From positions 192,001 through 256,000 of the forward strand of contig CBDBLO010000002.1 of NCBI GenBank assembly GCA_965207075.1: a DNA stretch of 64,000 nucleotides, given 5' to 3'. Positions 58,037 to 64,000 of this stretch are shown one piece after another (positions within the stretch are counted from its first letter, which is position 1; each line of letters opens with the position of its first letter). The position numbers were made by a program, and so were the translations under genes. Source of the stretch: Nitrosopumilus sp. (GTDB taxonomy: Archaea > Thermoproteota > Nitrososphaeria > Nitrososphaerales > Nitrosopumilaceae). The notes under the pieces are model-generated. The model did no database searches. It was not told the DNA's origin and saw only the letters and a program-made list of their open reading frames with translations.

Positions 58037-59119
58037 ATGCTTGTGCTGGGCAAGGATGAAAAGGCAAAGTATCCCTTTCTGGCCGACGCCGGAAGGCACC
58101 TACAGGAGTACGGATTTGAGCTCCCGCAGTTCGGCACCGATCCCGCCCTCAAGGCCGTCGTGGACAAGGCGCACGAGCGGGTGATGGCGGCTACCGCCGG
58201 CTCCGTGTACAGGTCCGGGCTGGCCGACGGCAGGGCGGTGCAAGACCGCATGCTGGACGTGGAGATACTCTCGTTTCTGATTGCCATTGTACTGATAAAG
58301 CTGGCCAATCGCCACACGCTCGTAAGGCGCTTTGCGCTAAGCGAGGCCCGCAGGGCGGAGTCGTACCTGGCCGGGGACCTGTCGGACCGCCGCGACCGCT
58401 CAAGGGCCGACATGGCGCGGCGCATACTGCACGACCTGTTCGGGCTCGAGGTAGGAGCGAGCGACTACCGGTACCTGATACCCGTGCCGGACTATCTCAA
58501 GCACTCCTCCGTATTCCACGAGCGCGAGTGGAAGCTGGTAAACAGGCAGGTCGAAGACGGCCACGTGATACTAAAGCCAGACAAGACGGTCAGGCTGATC
58601 CGGCACGCGCTGACCACGTACATCTCAGACAAGATCAGGGCCTCGCCGGTTCCGGACATGATACCCGGCCTCGAGGGGATGGTCGCCGAGCTGGCCGCCG
58701 TGGCCGACAAGCTCACGCCCGCATACGAGAGCACAGGCGAGAACCCGCCCTGCATAAAGCACGCCATCAACGTGCTCAAAAGCGGCGAGAACCTTCCCCA
58801 CTCGGGCCGGTTCATGCTGGCCACGTTCCTCCTCGCGAGGGGGCGCCCCGTCGAGGAGATCGCGCCCCTCTTCAAGAACGCGCCCGACTACAGCGAGCGG
58901 GTAACGATGTACCAGCTGAACCACCTGTCCGGCAGGACGGGAGGCGTGAAATACAACTGTCCCTCGTGCGACAAGCTGCGCACCCAGAACCTGTGCTTTG
59001 CCGTGCCGGAATGCGACGGAATCATAACGCCGCTGCAGTTCGGGCGGCGGAGAAAGGCGGTTCAGCATGAGCAGCAGCCGCCTTCCGACACGGAACCTAC
59101 GGAGGGAGAGCCGGCATGA
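58037..59119 (+). CDS. priL: DNA primase large subunit
   Basis: KYPFL, PPCIK, NLPHSGRF, APDY, CPSC...LC...C. Start approximate. Confidence 0.92.
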   Translation: MLVLGKDEKAKYPFLADAGRHLQEYGFELPQFGTDPALKAVVDKAHERVMAATAGSVYRSGLADGRAVQDRMLDVEILSFLIAIVLIKLANRHTLVRRFALSEARRAESYLAGDLSDRRDRSRADMARRILHDLFGLEVGASDYRYLIPVPDYLKHSSVFHEREWKLVNRQVEDGHVILKPDKTVRLIRHALTTYISDKIRASPVPDMIPGLEGMVAELAAVADKLTPAYESTGENPPCIKHAINVLKSGENLPHSGRFMLATFLLARGRPVEEIAPLFKNAPDYSERVTMYQLNHLSGRTGGVKYNCPSCDKLRTQNLCFAVPECDGIITPLQFGRRRKAVQHEQQPPSDTEPTEGEPA

Positions 59120-60390
59120 ACGAGCGCGACATACAGTTTCTAGAGTCCGCGTTCAAGAAGTATTACTATGACCATATATCTGAGATCCCCGTGCCCGACG
59201 ACATCCTGCACCGCGAGTTCGGGTACCAGAAGCTGGGGGTGGGGGGCATGACGCGACACATCCAGGTGAAGGACGCGGGGCAGATGCGCGTCATGTTCAT
59301 GAAGACCGTACCGTCAGACGCGTACTGCTCCAACTCGTACTATTCGTTTCCAAACCTGGACATGAGGGAGAAGGACTGGCGGGGGGCCGACCTCGTGTTC
59401 GACATTGACGCAAAGGACCTGGATCTGCCCTGCCGCAGGGACCACGTGCTTGCGGTATGCGAGACGTGCGGCCGATCCTGGATGGAGCAGGAAAGAGAAG
59501 AGGAAGAGAAAGGAAAGCAGGGAAAGGAAGGAGAAAGGGGAGCAGGTGAGGAAAGAGCAGTAGGCCCCGGGCGCGAGTGCGGCTCGTGCGGCCAGGCCGG
59601 CCGCGTGAGGCCCAAGTCGCTGCCGTGCAAAAAGTGCATGGCAGCGTCAAAAAAGCAGGTGGCCCTGCTGAACCGCATACTGCGCGACGAGCTCGGGGTG
59701 GGGCCGGATCACATCTCCACGTACTTTTCTGGAAACGAGGGGTTCCACGTGCACGTGTCGGATTCCAGGTTCAGGGGACTTGACGCGAGGGCGCGCGCCG
59801 ACCTTGCGGGCTACGTGATGCTGAGCGGGCTGATACCGGAGGCGCTTGGAATGCACAAGACCTCCGGGCTTGACAGGGACGAGCTGCCCGACCTGGGCCA
59901 GAAGGGGTGGCGCGGCAGGTTTGCAAAGGCCGCGTTTGGTTCAAAGGCCAAGCGGGCTGAGACTATCTCGGAGATGTCCAAGACCTCGTCCGGGGCCGCG
60001 TACGCCAGATTCGAGGGGATAATCAGGGAGGTGTCAGGCGACGTCGGCGCCAGGATAGACGCGCAGGTTACCGGCGACATACACCGCATATTCCGCATGC
60101 CGCACACGATAAACAGCAAGAGCGGGATGCTGAAGACGGCGTGCACCGGAGACGCGGACTCGTTTGACCCGTACGTGGACGCGGTGGTTCTAGACGAGGA
60201 CGAGACCGTATCAGTCGAGTGCGACTGTCCCGTCAGGTTCGGCCTCGGGAGCAAAAGGTTCGGGCCCTACAAGACGGGCGAGAGCGCGGAGCTGCCCGTG
60301 TACGCGGCCGCATATGCGATATGCAAGGGGTTCGGACGGCTGGCGGCCGACGCCGGCACCACCGACACCGCCGCCGCGAATGCGGACTGA
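59116..60390 (+). CDS. priS: DNA primase small subunit
   Basis: REFG, DLVFDID, FSGNEGFHVH, IDAQVTGDIHRIFRMP.T.N.KSG. Confidence 0.94.
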   Translation: MNERDIQFLESAFKKYYYDHISEIPVPDDILHREFGYQKLGVGGMTRHIQVKDAGQMRVMFMKTVPSDAYCSNSYYSFPNLDMREKDWRGADLVFDIDAKDLDLPCRRDHVLAVCETCGRSWMEQEREEEEKGKQGKEGERGAGEERAVGPGRECGSCGQAGRVRPKSLPCKKCMAASKKQVALLNRILRDELGVGPDHISTYFSGNEGFHVHVSDSRFRGLDARARADLAGYVMLSGLIPEALGMHKTSGLDRDELPDLGQKGWRGRFAKAAFGSKAKRAETISEMSKTSSGAAYARFEGIIREVSGDVGARIDAQVTGDIHRIFRMPHTINSKSGMLKTACTGDADSFDPYVDAVVLDEDETVSVECDCPVRFGLGSKRFGPYKTGESAELPVYAAAYAICKGFGRLAADAGTTDTAAANAD

Positions 60391-60546
60391 CGCGGCGGCC
60401 GCGGATTCTGAATATTGCCACACCAACGACCCCGCAGCCGCGGCGCACACACGCCGTACCCGAATCATTGCCGGTATAGCCGCCCGATCTATATAGTCGG
60501 CCCCCCGACAACACATTAATTTAACAAGCCATGAGCAAGTTCGGTT

Positions 60547-63483
60547 TTGTATAGCGCCACAACTGACAAGCAGGCACCTCCTCCTGACACGGGCAAGTAC
60601 ATGAAGCTCATCATAGTGGCGGCCGTGGCCGTGGCCACCATGCTCGTGGTCGGAAACCAGGGCGTAATTCTGTACATGAACTTTTCAGAATTCGGCGACC
60701 AGTTTACAAAGCCGCTGTACTATACGCTCGCATCCTCCATCATCCTCTCCGCCATAGCGCTGGTGCGCGTGAACATGGCGGCGCGCTCATCCATCTTCTG
60801 GTATGCGATCAAGACCGCAATCGCGTTCGTCGCCAGGGGCCCCAGGGCCCCCGGCACGGGCGCCACCGGAGGCACGGGCGCCACCGGAGGCGGGGGCCCC
60901 GGAATAAGCCCGTCCCAGATATCCGAGACCCTGCAGAGCTACTCGGAGTACAGGCTCGGGCCAGCATCCTTCGTGGTCTGGCAGATAACAAAGGTGCTGC
61001 TGTTTGGCGCCTTCTTTGCCAACATAATGTTCGGGTTTGCCGCAGTCGCGTTCCTGGTCGACGGCGACATGCTCGGGGTGGAGAACCTGCCCACGCTGTT
61101 CTCGCTGCCCTTCGTCACACCGCCGGAGGACGCGGCGTACGCGGCCGAGACCGTGGTCCCGATGATACCTGCTCTGGTGGTGCTGATACCACCGATACTG
61201 GCCGCCATCGGGCTGCGGCTCATGCTGTACGTGGGACTGCACCGCATCATACACGTCATCACGTCGTTCGTGCAGGACACCGACGGGGGCAAGCCCAGAT
61301 ATCTCAACTACGTCTCCACCATAGAGGGGCTGGTGGGCATAGCCGTGCTGTGGGCAGGCTTCAACATGTTCTTTACAAACGAGATAGACTACAACACCAG
61401 ATACGAGATAGGCGGCGTCCTGATAATCGGACTGGCGCTCATAGCGTTCTCCGCCGTCGACCGCATACGGGCCCGCGTCCTGACCCACATGTTCAAGCGG
61501 GACGTCTACGTCAGGTTCCTCACGATCCTCGCCATATCCATAGCCGTCTTTGCCTTTGTCGCGGTGAACGACACGATAGCCGACGCCCGCAAGATAGAGT
61601 ACCTGGGGCCCTACACGGCGCAGCAGATAGGCGTGAACCGCTACCTGGGGCAGCTTGACCAGATCACCGAGAACACGCACGACGTGAAGCTCAACCCGGT
61701 CTCGCCCAACGACATAAACAACTACGCGGTGGACAACGCCGACGTGCTCGACGTCATACGCGTCTGGGACTGGGAGGCCGCGTTTGCAAAGCTAAAGCCG
61801 GAGATCGGGCTGATCCCGTACGTGGACTTTGAGGACAACGACATACTGAGGTTCAACAACACGCTGTACTGGACCGCGTCGATGAAGCCCATCCTGCCCT
61901 CGTCGGTGTCCGCGGAGAACCAGTGGTACAACCAGCATCTGGTATACACGCACGTGCCGGACGCCTTCCTGACGCTCGAGGCCACGGACGGCCAGATAGT
62001 GGACAGCGACCAATTCTTCCAGCAGCGCGAGATATACTACGGGGAGGGCGGCCTCTTCGAGCTCACGTGGTCCGGCTACTCTAACTCGAGGGGCACGAGC
62101 AGCGACGAGCTCGGCAACGTACAGTACGCCGGGGTGGGCGGCCTGGACGTGGGGCCCCCGCTCAGCTGGATATTCGAGCCCAACTTTTTGCTGCAGTTTC
62201 CGGCCGAGTCGGTGCACGTGATGAGGTACAAGGACGTCAACGACCGCATGGAGATACTCTACCCGTACTTCCTGTACGACCTGTTCGGCAAGGAGCTCGA
62301 CTCTCTGCCCGTGACGGACGGCGAGAACTCGTACTGGCTGGTGCCGCTCATCATAGGATTCGAGACGGAGAACGTGCCTTGGTCCATAAGCAACCCGTAC
62401 CTGAGGCTGGTCGGGTACGCGCTCATAGACTCGTACGACGGGGACATACAGCTGCTAAAGACCGGGGATGACTTCTTCTCGGAGATGTTCGCCGCGCAGT
62501 ACGCGGACCAGTTCAGCCCCATGCCGCCGTGGCTCGAGGAGCAGATCAGGTATCCCGTCGAGCTGTTCAACTGGAAGACTGAGATGTACAACATATACCA
62601 CGTAACCGACGTCGACACGTTCATCCAGGCAAACGAGTTTTACGAGATTCCACGCGGGCTTGACACGTACTACGTGGAGGCAAAGCCGCCGGGCTTCAAC
62701 CAGACCGAGTTCCTGGGGCTGCTGTCGCTTGAGCTGAGAGGCTCGCAGGGCAGGAACCTGGCGGGGTACATCGTAGTAGAGAACGACCTGTCGAACCTGG
62801 GGCAGATCCAGTTCTACGAGGTGCCGCTCAACTCCACGACAAAGCTGATAGGGCCCACGGCAGTCAGGGAGGCGCTCGACCGCGACCCCGAGTTTGCGCA
62901 GCTCAAGACACTGCTGAGAAACCCGCGGATCGGCGACAACATTCTGTACCGCGTGGGCGAGCACGACGTCTACTTCATCCCGGTGTATACGGCGGGAGCG
63001 GGCGGCGTGGTGGCGCAGCTCGGCACCATCGCGGCAGTCGGCGCCGCGTTCAACGGCGAGTATTTCGTGGGGCTGGGCGACACGCAGGAGGATGCCTTCA
63101 AGGCGTACCTGAGCAAGGTGTCCGGCGTGGCCCCCACCGATATAGAGGTCGGCGACGGGTTCGTGGAGCTGGACCGCGACGAGCGCGCCGATATAGTGCG
63201 GCAGGTCTTCGTAGACAGCGAGCTGAGTGTCGACGAGCCGACCAGGCTGTCGGTGCCGCTGTCGTTCAACGAGGGCGAGCTGTTCTTCTACTCGGACAGG
63301 GACCGCGAGGAGACGGAGGAGGCGCTGCTGCAGTTCATAGACGACTTCGTGGTGCCCAGGACCGACCGCGTCCTGATCTGGGAGGAGGAGACAGACGAGG
63401 GCGTCATGATAAACATCGGCACCATCGTGATCAAGGACAACGTGCCGGAGCTGCACTACGTGTCGGTAGGGGTCGGCATCTAG
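60547..63483 (+). CDS. UPF0182-family membrane protein
   Basis: N-terminal TM bundle, IRVWD, HLVYTH, IYYGE, ALIDSYDG, IRYP. Confidence 0.88.
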   Translation: MYSATTDKQAPPPDTGKYMKLIIVAAVAVATMLVVGNQGVILYMNFSEFGDQFTKPLYYTLASSIILSAIALVRVNMAARSSIFWYAIKTAIAFVARGPRAPGTGATGGTGATGGGGPGISPSQISETLQSYSEYRLGPASFVVWQITKVLLFGAFFANIMFGFAAVAFLVDGDMLGVENLPTLFSLPFVTPPEDAAYAAETVVPMIPALVVLIPPILAAIGLRLMLYVGLHRIIHVITSFVQDTDGGKPRYLNYVSTIEGLVGIAVLWAGFNMFFTNEIDYNTRYEIGGVLIIGLALIAFSAVDRIRARVLTHMFKRDVYVRFLTILAISIAVFAFVAVNDTIADARKIEYLGPYTAQQIGVNRYLGQLDQITENTHDVKLNPVSPNDINNYAVDNADVLDVIRVWDWEAAFAKLKPEIGLIPYVDFEDNDILRFNNTLYWTASMKPILPSSVSAENQWYNQHLVYTHVPDAFLTLEATDGQIVDSDQFFQQREIYYGEGGLFELTWSGYSNSRGTSSDELGNVQYAGVGGLDVGPPLSWIFEPNFLLQFPAESVHVMRYKDVNDRMEILYPYFLYDLFGKELDSLPVTDGENSYWLVPLIIGFETENVPWSISNPYLRLVGYALIDSYDGDIQLLKTGDDFFSEMFAAQYADQFSPMPPWLEEQIRYPVELFNWKTEMYNIYHVTDVDTFIQANEFYEIPRGLDTYYVEAKPPGFNQTEFLGLLSLELRGSQGRNLAGYIVVENDLSNLGQIQFYEVPLNSTTKLIGPTAVREALDRDPEFAQLKTLLRNPRIGDNILYRVGEHDVYFIPVYTAGAGGVVAQLGTIAAVGAAFNGEYFVGLGDTQEDAFKAYLSKVSGVAPTDIEVGDGFVELDRDERADIVRQVFVDSELSVDEPTRLSVPLSFNEGELFFYSDRDREETEEALLQFIDDFVVPRTDRVLIWEEETDEGVMINIGTIVIKDNVPELHYVSVGVGI
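60853..60888 (+). repeat. 18-bp exact tandem duplication
   Basis: GGCACGGGCGCCACCGGA x2 (GTGATG x2). Confidence 0.85.
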
Positions 63484-63504
63484 TTGCCCGCGCCAGGCGC
63501 GACG

Positions 63505-64000
63505 ATGCTGGTGGTGGACAACGGCTCGTCGTATACGGACGACTTGGCGGCGGTGCTTGAAAAGTTCGACTGCACGTACAGGAGGGTGATCCCCTCCGAG
63601 ATATCGGCCGAGGAGCTGCCCACGTACGGCGGGTTCATACTGTCGGGCCGGAAGCGCAACGACCGGCTGGTAAACGAGGTGAACTCCAGGGTCGTCAGGC
63701 ACGCGGTATCGTCGGGCGCAAAGCTGCTGGGCATATGCTACGGCGCCGAGATCATGGCGCTGTGCATGGGGGGGACGATACGCCGCTCCGAGGTGCCGCA
63801 GAGAAACATGCGCTGCGCCGTCGTGGTGTCAAAGCCGACACCGATCACCCCGGACGCGGGCGCCAGTATCGACGTCTTTGAGAGCCACGCGTACGAGATA
63901 TCCAGGCTGCCTCCGGCGTTCGAGTCGGTGGGCGGCTCTCCCGACTGCAGGCACGAGATAATCAGGTACAAGGGCAGGGACGTCTACGGGACGCAGTTCC
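63505..64000 (+). CDS. Class I glutamine amidotransferase (partial; runs off the window)
   Basis: Not in ORF track. MLVVDNGS...ILSG...LLGICYGAEIMA...ESH...YGTQF. Confidence 0.85.
   Translation, partial: MLVVDNGSSYTDDLAAVLEKFDCTYRRVIPSEISAEELPTYGGFILSGRKRNDRLVNEVNSRVVRHAVSSGAKLLGICYGAEIMALCMGGTIRRSEVPQRNMRCAVVVSKPTPITPDAGASIDVFESHAYEISRLPPAFESVGGSPDCRHEIIRYKGRDVYGTQF

Noticed and set aside
1-64000. Numerous long antisense and alternative-frame ORFs; tRNA/rRNA genes
   Set aside because: Shadow ORFs are expected at high GC; no T-loop or rRNA signatures were found by eye (tRNAscan-SE not run).

Overview
High-GC archaeal chromosome segment. Gene content points to Thaumarchaeota/Nitrosopumilaceae (PolD, CdvB, GGGP synthase, CFI-box-CTERM protein, aconitase-X mevalonate genes, cobalamin genes); a Cenarchaeum-like lineage is plausible but is an inference. 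The window contains the probable replication origin: ORB repeats at about 9.1-9.46 kb upstream of cdc6/orc1, between the two PolD subunit genes. Beside the origin are four small genes that all look like DNA-binding proteins: a winged-helix protein, an AbrB-fold protein missing from the ORF track, a membrane-anchored winged-helix protein and an HTH-like protein. A dense array of ATCAC/GTGAT motifs overlies the last two. This is my best candidate for an undescribed system, possibly origin-to-membrane tethering or segregation. The rest is mostly housekeeping genes, plus two orphan DNA methyltransferases, a RelE-type toxin-antitoxin pair, a racemase homolog with both catalytic Cys replaced by Ser, and a roughly 4 kb island inside the cobalamin cluster that carries an intact IS5-like element. 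I saw no rRNA, tRNA or CRISPR array. All calls come from reading the sequence by eye; no database searches were run.
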